From: an uncultured Verrucomicrobiae bacterium
GTDB lineage: Bacteria; Verrucomicrobiota; Verrucomicrobiia; Chthoniobacterales; JAFAMB01
Reading direction: 5' to 3'
NCBI GenBank assembly: GCA_963837955.1
Contig: CAWIPH010000002.1
Coordinates: 1,696,001 to 1,760,000, forward strand
DNA length: 64,000 nucleotides
In this document: one piece after another, positions 1-8,861 of the stretch
Layout: each line of letters begins with the position of its first letter
Numbering within the stretch: position 1 is the first letter of the stretch
Made by a program: the position numbers and the translations under genes
Notes under the pieces: model-generated
Seen by the model: only the letters and a program-made list of their open reading frames with translations
The model's database searches: none
Told to the model about the DNA's origin: nothing

Positions 1-505
1 CATCGGCGAATTTTTGGAGGTCCTCGTACTTCGGCTGGTCCGGCATCTTCAGACCCTTCTCATCAAAGAGGTCCTTTCGGTACATCAGCATCGAGCTCTC
101 GCCATAGAAGGGTAGCGCATACAGTTTGCCCTCATAGGAAAGGCCGTCGCGTATCGATTTGAACACGTCCTCCAGATCGTAATCGCTCGGCAGATTTTCC
201 ATAGGCTGCAGCCAACCTCGCTTGGCAAAAATCGGAGTCTCATAAAGACCAATAAAGACGAGATCGAACTGACCGCTGCCTTGGGAAACGTCGGTAGTCA
301 CCCGCTGCCGGAGGATATTCTCTTCCACGATTACCCAATTGAGTTTGATGTCCGGATTTTTCTGCTCGAACTTGGTAGATAATTTTTTCAGTTCGATCAT
401 ATCCGGGTTGTTCACGACACCGATCGTCACTGCCTTCTGCTGTGCTTGAGCACTAACTGCGGATAGGCAAACCGCTGCTAACAGGGGGAACGCGTAACGC
501 TTCAT
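1..505 (-). CDS. Polyol (sorbitol/mannitol-type) ABC transporter substrate-binding protein, 3'-partial
   Basis: Not in the ORF track. Manual translation from the ATG at 505 gives MKRYAFPLLAAVCLSAVSAQAQQKAVTIGVVNNPDMIELKKLS...EENILRQRVTTDVSQGSGQFD...LYALPFYGESSMLMYRKDLF: a signal peptide plus SmoE/MtlE-like motifs. It runs off the window. Confidence 0.9.
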   Translation of the reverse strand, partial: MKRYAFPLLAAVCLSAVSAQAQQKAVTIGVVNNPDMIELKKLSTKFEQKNPDIKLNWVIVEENILRQRVTTDVSQGSGQFDLVFIGLYETPIFAKRGWLQPMENLPSDYDLEDVFKSIRDGLSYEGKLYALPFYGESSMLMYRKDLFDEKGLKMPDQPKYEDLQKFAD

Positions 506-711
506 GAGATAGATTGCTTGAGTTGGGGGACCATCTGCACTTATGATCTATGGACGATCAAATGTCAATCATCTGTCTATACCTCGAGCAAAGGATCAGC
601 TGGTTTCTTCGACCGTGGCAACTAGACTTTGAACTCGCTGACCGACGGAATCGGAGTATTGAATTCGCCAATGATGAGCGATGCTTCCGCAGACCCCGAT
701 CACTGCGGCAA

Positions 712-2205
712 ATGAAGAAGGACCTGCTGCTAGCGTTTGATATCGGGACCGGAAGCGTCCGGGCAGCTCTGGTTGCGGAAACCGGAAAAATCCTCGCATT
801 TACAGCAAAAGAGCTCGATCAGGTTATCCCTCAATTTGGCTGGTCTCAGCAGAGTCCACGGATTTGGTGGGAAGGATTAGTCTCCAGCATCCAAAGCGTT
901 CTCGAGCAAGTCAGGCACAGTGCCGATCGGATTGCCGCGATAGCCGGATGTGGGCAAATGCACGGCGTGGTCCTGGTCGATGGGGCGGGGGAACTTGTGC
1001 TGGAGGAGGTGCCTCTCTGGAACGATAAGCGGACCCGCGAACTGGTAGACCGATTCTCAAAGGAACGGGACACAGAGGCTCTGCTTCCGATTGTTGCAAA
1101 TCCTCCAACGGTCGCATGGCCGGCGTTTAAATTGGCCTGGATCAAGCAGAACCAGCCCAAGGCATATGAAGCGGCCCTGACTGTTTTGATGCCAAAAGAC
1201 TACATCAACTTCAAGCTGACGGGCGAACGCCGGATCGACCTCTGCGAAGCTTCCTGTAGCTACATGTTTGATATCCAAAGCTACGGCTGGAGCGAGAAGA
1301 TTCTGGAGTTGTTGGGCTTGGACTCATCCAAATTGCCTCCGATCAGCCTGGCAACAGAACTGCTCGGAGTGGTAACAAAAGAGGCGGCGCGGATTACCGG
1401 GCTCCGGGCTGGCACTCCGGTGGCGGTCGGCGCCGGCGATTTTCCGGTCGCGCTCCTCGGTTCGGGAGTGACCTCCCCGGGAATGGGATGCGATATCACC
1501 GGAACTTCGACGGTGATTACCCTACTCGCCGAGCGGCCGGCAGTTGATCCGGTCATCTCCAACGTGCGAGCTATCACGGGCGGATGGGCAGCCTTCACGA
1601 TCCTGGACGCCAGTGGAGACGCCATGCGTTGGGCGCGACGCGCGTTTCATCATCAGGAAGCTTACAGCTACGATCAAATCGTCTCGCTGGCAGAAGGGGT
1701 GCCGGCGGGATCTGACCGGCTACTGTTCCTACCGTACCTTAATGGCGAACGCCTTGCTCAGAAGCCAAATTCTCGGGCTCAGTTTTTTGGCCTCAACAGC
1801 AGCCATAGTGCAGCTCATCTGTATCGCGCGGTTATGGAGGGCGTCGCGTTTGCCTCCAAGAGGAACATCGACTTGATGAAGTCGGCCGGATACCGCCTTG
1901 ATCGGATGGTAACGGCTGCCGGTGGAGCAAAGACCCGTTTGTGGCTTGAAATCAAGGCGAGCATTTATAATTGCCCGATTTTGGTTCCCGGCGAGCCGGA
2001 GTGTGGCGTGCTCGGTTGCGCAATGCTAGCGGGCCTCGTAGTTGGGCTGTTTTCGGACCTCAAGTCGGTGGGCTCTGAGCTGGTTCGATACGAGGGCGAG
2101 ATCGCGCCGAACCCAGCCTGGTCGGAGCGATACCAAAAGATGCAATCATTGTTCGATGATCTTTACCAGAGCAGCGAAAAATTTTGGGATCGGCTGGAGA
2201 GTTAG
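712..2205 (+). CDS. FGGY-family carbohydrate kinase (xylulokinase-like)
   Basis: Motifs DIGTGSVRA, GQMHG, LWND, PYLNGER, RAVMEGV and GGAK. Likely start is MKKDLL at 712 (the track ORF starts at 550). Confidence 0.9.
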   Translation: MKKDLLLAFDIGTGSVRAALVAETGKILAFTAKELDQVIPQFGWSQQSPRIWWEGLVSSIQSVLEQVRHSADRIAAIAGCGQMHGVVLVDGAGELVLEEVPLWNDKRTRELVDRFSKERDTEALLPIVANPPTVAWPAFKLAWIKQNQPKAYEAALTVLMPKDYINFKLTGERRIDLCEASCSYMFDIQSYGWSEKILELLGLDSSKLPPISLATELLGVVTKEAARITGLRAGTPVAVGAGDFPVALLGSGVTSPGMGCDITGTSTVITLLAERPAVDPVISNVRAITGGWAAFTILDASGDAMRWARRAFHHQEAYSYDQIVSLAEGVPAGSDRLLFLPYLNGERLAQKPNSRAQFFGLNSSHSAAHLYRAVMEGVAFASKRNIDLMKSAGYRLDRMVTAAGGAKTRLWLEIKASIYNCPILVPGEPECGVLGCAMLAGLVVGLFSDLKSVGSELVRYEGEIAPNPAWSERYQKMQSLFDDLYQSSEKFWDRLES

Positions 2206-2249
2206 AATGAGCTTAACCATAGATTAAGACGCTCCCCTTGTAATCGGAG

Positions 2250-3212
2250 ATGGATCCATCGTCGCCCAGGCAGGAAGAAAAGTTGGAAGTGGCGGTACGA
2301 GCGGCTTGGCTCTACTACGTCGCCGGCAACACCCAGCATGAGATAGCACAGAAGCTGCACATCTCACGGCCGACGGCTCAGCGACTGGTGGCATTTGCCG
2401 TCGAGCGCGGCCTCGTCAAGGTGCGGGTAAACCATAAGGTGGCTAGCTGTCTGGAATTGGCTATAGCCTTGCGTCAACGCTACAACCTCGTTGTTTGCGA
2501 CGTAGTGCCGGTAAATACAGACACCAGTGATCAGATCTTAAGGAAGATCGCGGTGGCCGGCGCTCAAGTCATGGAGTCTTACCTTGACGAGGTCGAACCG
2601 AAAATCATAGCGCTGAGCTCAGGTCAAACCATCAAGGCAGTAATTGGCGAACTGAACACGTTCGAAAGGCCCCAGCATCGTCTGATTTCGCTGGTTGGGA
2701 CGATTGCTCGCGACGGCGCTAGCAATCCTTATGATGCCGCTCTTCAGGCCGCGGAAAAGATTGGTAGCAAATGTTTTCTATTGCCTGCTCCGCTGCTGGC
2801 GGACTCACCAGAGGAGCGAAAGCAATGGTGCCGCCACCGCCTATATAAGGTCGTGGAAGAAATTTCGAACAAAGCGGACGTAGCTTTCGTAGGAATAGGA
2901 GATATGCGTCTCGGTTGTCCGATGCATCGGGACGGTTTTATTACCAAAGAAGAGGTGAGGGAACTCGTAAAAGCGGGCGCCGTTGGTGACAACCTTGGGT
3001 GGACCTTTAGCCAGACAGGAGAACTCGTCCGTATATCCATCCAGGAGAGGGTCACGAGTATGCAATTACCGCGCCCCACAAAAAAGCCGGTAATTGCTTT
3101 TGCTGGTGGTGAACACAAGGCCCACGCAGTACTCGGCGCTCTGCGCGGGCAATGGATCAATGGACTCGTCACGGACGAGACATGCGCTCGCGCCATCCTC
3201 GCAGATCAATAA
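2250..3212 (+). CDS. SorC/DeoR-family sugar-binding transcriptional regulator
   Basis: N-terminal HTH AAWLYYVAGNTQHEIAQKLHISRPTAQRL; C-terminal AGGEHKAHAVLGALRG..INGLVTDE. Confidence 0.92.
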   Translation: MDPSSPRQEEKLEVAVRAAWLYYVAGNTQHEIAQKLHISRPTAQRLVAFAVERGLVKVRVNHKVASCLELAIALRQRYNLVVCDVVPVNTDTSDQILRKIAVAGAQVMESYLDEVEPKIIALSSGQTIKAVIGELNTFERPQHRLISLVGTIARDGASNPYDAALQAAEKIGSKCFLLPAPLLADSPEERKQWCRHRLYKVVEEISNKADVAFVGIGDMRLGCPMHRDGFITKEEVRELVKAGAVGDNLGWTFSQTGELVRISIQERVTSMQLPRPTKKPVIAFAGGEHKAHAVLGALRGQWINGLVTDETCARAILADQ

Positions 3213-3266
3213 CCGGGTGGACCGGGTTGTCCAGGAGGCGGTCGAGGGCAACTCGATATTCGCAGA

Positions 3267-5426
3267 TTAGGCCGGCTGACCTACCTTTTGCTCGCGCTGT
3301 ATCGCCTCGCTGCTAGTGGTTTTTGTCTTCACCACCAGCGACCTCACGTTTACATCCGGTTTTTTCCACTTGCGCGCTTGTTCCAGGAACACCGCCTGGG
3401 CATCCACTCGCTCCCCTTCCAAGGGTCTGCGAATGTACGTCGGCTCCGTCCTTTGTTCTCTGGCCTTCACATTGTCTTTCCAATAAGTGTTGAGGCTTTG
3501 GTCGATTCGCTCACGCAGTTCCGCGTCCTCGACCGGGAAACAGGTCTCAACGCGCCGGAAAAAATTTCTTTCCGTCCAGTCCGCGCTGGCAAGATAGATC
3601 TCCGGGTTACCTGCGTTCTCGAAACGATAAATCCGGCTGTGTTCTAAAAATCTGCCGACGATGCTTCGCACAATCACGTTGTCGCTTATTCCAGGTACCC
3701 CTGGACGCAAGCAGCAGACGCCCCTAACCAAGAGATTTATCTTCACACCGGCCTGGGAAGCTAAATAGAGAGCTTTGATGACCTCTTCGTCGACCAGCGC
3801 GTTCACCTTGCCGAAAATGGCGGCCGGCCTACCACTGATCGCGTGATTCATTTCACGTTGGATCATTTCGAGGACAAACTTGTGAAGAGCTTTCGGCGCC
3901 GCCTTAATTTTTTTCAGCTCAGGAAAGACCGAAATACCGGTCAACCAGTTAAAGAGCTCGGCGCTGTCGTTTGTCATTTCCGGATCGCAGGTTAACAACC
4001 CGAAATCTTCGTAAAGCTTCGCGGTTGACGGATTATAGTTTCCCGTCCCGAGATGCAGGTATCGACGAATACCGTCCTCTTCCCTCCGAACGACTAGCGC
4101 AAGTTTGGCACGCGTCGTCAAGCTGGCGATCCCGTAGACAACATGAACACCAGCTTCTTGGAGCGTTCTGGCGCATTTTATGTTAGCTGCTTCGTCGAAA
4201 CGCGCCTTGAGCTCGATCACTACCGTAACCTGTTTCCCGCCCTGCGCTGCTTCAGCCAGCAAGGTTACGATTGGGGAATCACCACTGGTTCGATAGAGGG
4301 TCTGTTTAATTGCCAAAACATTCGGATCCGCTGCAGCCTGCTCGATGAAATCGAGCACTGTCTGGAAGCTGTCATAAGGATGATGCAACAGGATCGGACG
4401 ACGCCGGATTTGCGAGAAAATGTCTTCTTCATCATCCGACGCGGTCGCGATCGCGGGCGCAAATGGACGGAACTTGAGGTCCGGCCGATTTACTTCAGAA
4501 ATCACCGGCATGAGGCGCAGAAAATTGATCGGTCCATCGACCTGGTAAAGATCGTCGTCGGTCAGGCCAAACGTTTGCAGCAATTGATCAGCGATGTGAC
4601 GCGGACAGTCCTGCTGGACCTCCAAGCGAACCGCGTCCCCGCGACTGCGCTTCCGCAACTCAAGTTCGATCGTCTTCAGCAAATTGTCGGTCTCTTCCTC
4701 GTCGAGATACAGATCGCTATTCCGAGTAACCCGAAACTGATAAGCGCCCTTCACTCTGACGCCGTGGAAGAGAGAACCGACGTGCGCTTGGATAAGATTC
4801 CCAATGAAAATGTAGCGGTACATGCCCTTTTCTCCGGCCCGGTACGGAAGCAAACGGGGAAGAATACGCGGCACTTGGACCAGGGCCAGATTCGTGCTGA
4901 TTGCGGCGCCTTCAAGCTCTACGGCAACGTTCAGGCTCTTATTCAGCAATTGCGGGAAGGGATGGACCGGATCCACCGCGAGCGGCGTGAGCACCGGGTA
5001 AACCGATTTCTCAAAGTACTTCGTGTAGTATTGCTTTTCTTCGTTCGTGAGCTCGTCGCACCCTAAGAAGAAAACGCTATTTGCCTCCAAGGCCGGGACC
5101 AGCTCCTGGCTCCAAACGCGATATTGATCATCCACCATCCTCCGCACCCTCGCCGAAATAGCTGCGAGCTGTTCACCAGGGCTCATTCCATCGGGGCCGG
5201 GCGCACTGACATTGCTTTGGCGTTGCTGCTTCAGACCAGCAACCCTGACCTCAAAGAATTGATCGAGATTTGATGCGACGATACAAAGGAATTTCAGGCG
5301 CTCCAGGAGCGGACTGCTCGGATCCTGAGCCTCTTCCAAAAGCCGCTGATTGAACTCTAACAAGCTTAGTTCGCGGTTGTTGTAGAGCGAGGGATCAGAT
5401 AGAACCGGGGAGGTTTCTTCTACCAT
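3267..5426 (-). CDS. ppk1: Polyphosphate kinase 1 homolog (catalytic His substituted; possibly inactive)
   Basis: Motifs NRELS, HPFP, HHPYDSF, IKQTLYRT, ELKARFDE, HLGTGNYN, GRFLEHSR and SADW..RN..RRVE. The usual LK(T/V)HAK motif reads LTTRAK. Start is 5426 or 5462. Confidence 0.93.
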   Translation of the reverse strand: MVEETSPVLSDPSLYNNRELSLLEFNQRLLEEAQDPSSPLLERLKFLCIVASNLDQFFEVRVAGLKQQRQSNVSAPGPDGMSPGEQLAAISARVRRMVDDQYRVWSQELVPALEANSVFFLGCDELTNEEKQYYTKYFEKSVYPVLTPLAVDPVHPFPQLLNKSLNVAVELEGAAISTNLALVQVPRILPRLLPYRAGEKGMYRYIFIGNLIQAHVGSLFHGVRVKGAYQFRVTRNSDLYLDEEETDNLLKTIELELRKRSRGDAVRLEVQQDCPRHIADQLLQTFGLTDDDLYQVDGPINFLRLMPVISEVNRPDLKFRPFAPAIATASDDEEDIFSQIRRRPILLHHPYDSFQTVLDFIEQAAADPNVLAIKQTLYRTSGDSPIVTLLAEAAQGGKQVTVVIELKARFDEAANIKCARTLQEAGVHVVYGIASLTTRAKLALVVRREEDGIRRYLHLGTGNYNPSTAKLYEDFGLLTCDPEMTNDSAELFNWLTGISVFPELKKIKAAPKALHKFVLEMIQREMNHAISGRPAAIFGKVNALVDEEVIKALYLASQAGVKINLLVRGVCCLRPGVPGISDNVIVRSIVGRFLEHSRIYRFENAGNPEIYLASADWTERNFFRRVETCFPVEDAELRERIDQSLNTYWKDNVKAREQRTEPTYIRRPLEGERVDAQAVFLEQARKWKKPDVNVRSLVVKTKTTSSEAIQREQKVGQPA

Positions 5427-5638
5427 AAACCGTTTTCTAATGACTTGCTTTCCACGCCGCATTCTTAACCCAGGCCGCCTTTTACGTTAATCGGCGATTT
5501 TGGACGGGTACAATACACGGTCTAGTACCATTTGTCTGTAATCAGACGGACGACAAGAAGTATTAGGAGAGAGTCACGATGTGGAGCAAACAAGAGAGTC
5601 GCGGTTTCCGCAGTCTGGTTTTGTTCGGCTAGCAGCTA

Positions 5639-6017
5639 AAGTGCCGCTTCGTCAGGGACGAGCTCGGATTCGACGCGTGCCTCGATCATCGCCAGCCCAG
5701 GTTTGGCGAAAATCTGAAAGCTGCTTGTCCGGAGGGCATCGATATCTATTTCGAAAATGTTGGCGGTACAGTATTCGATGCGGTGTTGCCGTTGTTGAAC
5801 AACTTTGCGCGCATTCCTGTCTCCGGGCTCATCGCCCACTACAACGCCACGGAATTGCCGCCCGGACCAGATCATCTGCCGCTACTGATGGGGGCCATAC
5901 TGGTCAAGCGCCTTACGTTTCGCGGGTTCCTCTACTTCGATTATGCTTCACAGTTCCCCGACTTCGTCACTGACGTGAAGGCATGGTTGGCCGAAGGCCG
6001 TATCAAATACCGCGAAT
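5639..6017 (+). pseudogene. Internal/C-terminal fragment of an NADP-dependent oxidoreductase (CurA/PTGR-like, MDR family)
   Basis: One frame reads KCRFVRDELGFDACLDHR...ACPEGIDIYFENVGGTVFDAVLPLLNNFARIPVSGLIAHYN...KRLTFRGF...WLAEGRIKYRE. An in-frame TAG at 5630-5632 precedes it, so the N-terminal half is absent. Confidence 0.8.
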
Positions 6018-6071
6018 CCTGGCTAGGATCCACTTTTCGAAAAGGTTCTCATGCATACCAACTGCGGCAAT

Positions 6072-6281
6072 CTAGAATCGCTGAATTCCTATCTTTGAGC
6101 GGGCGTATCGGCCAAAGCATTCAACATGGCGTAGATGGTGAAAGGTGGCCAGCACTCGTGCTGCTGCCACATTAACTCCCGTCTGCATAAGTTTCCTGGT
6201 GTATGCCTCGCTTTCTTCGCGCCGGTCATCGACGAAGGTTTCGGGCTTGGGCTCGACGATAGGTTTTTTACGATTGCTCAT
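6072..6281 (-). CDS. Small hypothetical protein (69 aa)
   Basis: MSNRKKPIVEPKPETFVDDRREE..., preceded by an RBS-like AAGGA. No family recognised. Confidence 0.35.
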   Translation of the reverse strand: MSNRKKPIVEPKPETFVDDRREESEAYTRKLMQTGVNVAAARVLATFHHLRHVECFGRYARSKIGIQRF

Positions 6282-6506
6282 AAGAATTCCTTTTTGGGAG
6301 TGTCGTATGAATGGGTTATCGGCTACCTTAGAAAAGTGGTGGATGGCGACCTTCATCGCTATGGACCATTAGGGTAGTCTTTTATGACTCCCCATGAGTT
6401 ATAGATGACTAGCTAAGCGCCAGAGTTCATCGGAGTAATCGGGATCTCACGCTGAAATCTGTCGAGCCTAGATGGATAGCTTGAAAGCCCTTGGAGATAA
6501 CGGATT

Positions 6507-7703
6507 GTGACTTTGCTAGACCCTCCTACTGACTCGCATTTTGGCGTTGAGAACCTGCCCTATGGAGTTTTCTCCCGCGGCAATGAGCAGGCACGGGTGG
6601 GGGCGCGGATCGGCGACGCGGTGCTCGACCTTGCCGCTGCGCTGGACGACATGGTCTTCGCACAGCCGTCTCTGAACGCATTCATGGCGCAGGGCCATGA
6701 GCGGTGGAAGGAGGTACGGCTGCGAATCACCCAACTGCTCACTGGCGACCGGTATCGCGCCGCGGTAGAGCCGGCGCTGGTGCCGCTGTCGCAGGTGCAG
6801 CTGCATCTGCCCTTTCAGGTCGGCGATTACGTCGACTTCTACGCGAATGAGCACCACGCGAGCAATATCGGGCGGATGTTCCGGCCGAATGCGGATCCTT
6901 TGCCGCCGAACTGGAAGCATCTGCCCATCGGCTACCACGGCCGGTCCGGCACCATTGTAGTGTCCGGCACCCCGATCGTGCGGCCACGGGGACAACGCAA
7001 GGCCCCGAATGAGCCGGCCCCAACCTTCGGGCCGTCGCGGCGACTAGATATGGAGGCCGAGGTTGGGTTCGTGATAGGAACTGATTCCCGCCTCGGCCAT
7101 CCTGTGACGGTAGCGGAGTTCGCCGAGCGCGTATTCGGTGTGTGCTTGCTGAACGATTGGTCCGCCCGCGACCTGCAGTCATGGGAGTATGTGCCGTTGG
7201 GCCCATTCCTCAGCAAATCCTTCGCGACATCGATCTCGCCGTGGATCGTGCCTCTGGAGGCGCTCGAATACGCCCGGATCGCTCCACCACGGCGGAATCC
7301 GGAACTGTTGCCCTACCTCGCCGACGCCGAGAAGTGGGGACTGGACTTGGGCCTGGAGGTGCGGCTCAACGGCCATCTGATCTCTCGGCCGCCGTTCTCG
7401 GCTATGTACTGGACCGCTGCCCAGATGCTGGCGCATATGACCGTCAATGGCGCCTCTACCCGCACAGGTGACTTCTATGGCTCCGGCACGGTGAGCGGGC
7501 CCGAGAAGGAACAACGCGGCTCACTCATCGAACTGAGCTGGGGCGGCGAGGAACCCTTCACCCTGCCCGATGGAACCGTTCGCAGCTTCCTTGAAGACGG
7601 CGACGAGATCACGATCACCGCCACAGCGCCCGGACCGGCTGGCACCCGGATCGGCTTCGATGAGGTAACCGGTCGGATCTTGCCGGCGCGCTGTGCTAAT
7701 TAA
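6507..7703 (+). CDS. fahA: Fumarylacetoacetase
   Basis: Motifs NLPYGVFS, DYVDFY..EHHA.N.G, WKHLPIGYHGRSG, LDMEAE, NDWSARDLQ.WEYVPLGPF, GSGT and FLEDGD; GGAG RBS upstream. Confidence 0.95.
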   Translation: MTLLDPPTDSHFGVENLPYGVFSRGNEQARVGARIGDAVLDLAAALDDMVFAQPSLNAFMAQGHERWKEVRLRITQLLTGDRYRAAVEPALVPLSQVQLHLPFQVGDYVDFYANEHHASNIGRMFRPNADPLPPNWKHLPIGYHGRSGTIVVSGTPIVRPRGQRKAPNEPAPTFGPSRRLDMEAEVGFVIGTDSRLGHPVTVAEFAERVFGVCLLNDWSARDLQSWEYVPLGPFLSKSFATSISPWIVPLEALEYARIAPPRRNPELLPYLADAEKWGLDLGLEVRLNGHLISRPPFSAMYWTAAQMLAHMTVNGASTRTGDFYGSGTVSGPEKEQRGSLIELSWGGEEPFTLPDGTVRSFLEDGDEITITATAPGPAGTRIGFDEVTGRILPARCAN

Positions 7704-7713
7704 TAGTCCTGTC

Positions 7714-7950
7714 ATGGTAGCTCAATTGTTAGTCGAGACGTTTTCGTTGGACCGAGCGGAAATCAGGTTTACGGAGGTCCTGATTCCATGGATCGTGATG
7801 ATTAGCCTGCTGGGCTTCCTAACGGCTTGGCTGGTCGTCGCGATTATGGAGCGAACCGGCTTATCCCGTTACGTCTGGCATCTCCCGCTTTTTTTTCTGG
7901 CACTGGTCGTTCTATTTAGCTCTGTAATCGGATTAGCGTTCCTACCATGA
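7714..7950 (+). CDS. DUF1656/AaeX-like small membrane protein
   Basis: Two hydrophobic helices with RYVWHLPLF; first gene of the MFP + FUSC operon. Confidence 0.8.
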   Translation: MVAQLLVETFSLDRAEIRFTEVLIPWIVMISLLGFLTAWLVVAIMERTGLSRYVWHLPLFFLALVVLFSSVIGLAFLP

Positions 7951-8861
7951 AGGCAAGGCTCCTCAATTACCTATTTACGCTGGTGGTTCTTGCTTTGGCC
8001 GCCTGGGCTGCGGTCTCTCTTTATCAACAATATATCCAAAACCCGTGGACGCGGGATTGCCAGGTGCGCGCGAACGTCGTGGGTATCGCCCCTCGGGTCT
8101 CTGGGCCGATCATCCACGTTGCGGTCCATGACAATCAAGAGGTGCAAAAAGGGGATCTGCTCTTTGAGATCGATCCGACCGATTTTCGGGCCCAGGTCGA
8201 CGTTGCGAATGGTCAGGTTCAGAATGACGAAGCAACCTTGAAACAACAGCAGCAAAATCTTAATCGGCAAACCGATCTTTATAAGAATCACGTAACCGCT
8301 CAGCAGGATTTTCAAAACGCCCAGGACAGCTTCGCAGCCGCCCAGGCCCAGCTTACCTCGGCGCAAGCAAATCTCGAATTAGCCAAACTAAACCTCGCCT
8401 ACACCAAGGTTTTTGCTCCCGTGGACGGTTACGTCACGAATATGAACACGAGCGAGGGAACCTATGTCACCGCTGGGAAGCAACTGATCGCTTTGGTCGA
8501 TACGGGTTCATTTTGGATTGCGGCCTATTTCAAAGAAACCCAGTTACCCCACATCGATCTTGGACAGAAGGCTAAACTCACGATCATGGGCTACGATAAC
8601 CAACCGTTCCAGGGTATCGTCCGGAGCGTTGGATGGGGCATCTATGTTCAGGATGGCTCGGGCAGCGACACGACGGGCTTGTTGCCCTCGATTAATCAAA
8701 CCGTGGATTGGGTTCGCCTCCCGCAACGTTTCCCGGTCCGCATCCAGGTTTTGGGGCGACCGCCCGTGCCGTTGCGGATTGGCCAAACCGTTTCCGTGGC
8801 GATGACGCGCGAAGTCGAGCCTACTGAAGCACCCAAAAAGAACGCCGCTGCGCAACCATGA
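7947..8861 (+). CDS. HlyD/AaeA-family efflux membrane fusion protein
   Basis: Motifs NPWTRD.QVRANVV.IAP.VSG, APVDGYVTN, YFKETQL and WVRLPQRFPVRI; ATGA overlap with the previous gene. Confidence 0.93.
   Translation: MKARLLNYLFTLVVLALAAWAAVSLYQQYIQNPWTRDCQVRANVVGIAPRVSGPIIHVAVHDNQEVQKGDLLFEIDPTDFRAQVDVANGQVQNDEATLKQQQQNLNRQTDLYKNHVTAQQDFQNAQDSFAAAQAQLTSAQANLELAKLNLAYTKVFAPVDGYVTNMNTSEGTYVTAGKQLIALVDTGSFWIAAYFKETQLPHIDLGQKAKLTIMGYDNQPFQGIVRSVGWGIYVQDGSGSDTTGLLPSINQTVDWVRLPQRFPVRIQVLGRPPVPLRIGQTVSVAMTREVEPTEAPKKNAAAQP

Noticed and set aside
4143..5066. 307-aa plus-strand ORF
   Set aside because: It is the antisense shadow of ppk1 and has no recognisable motifs.
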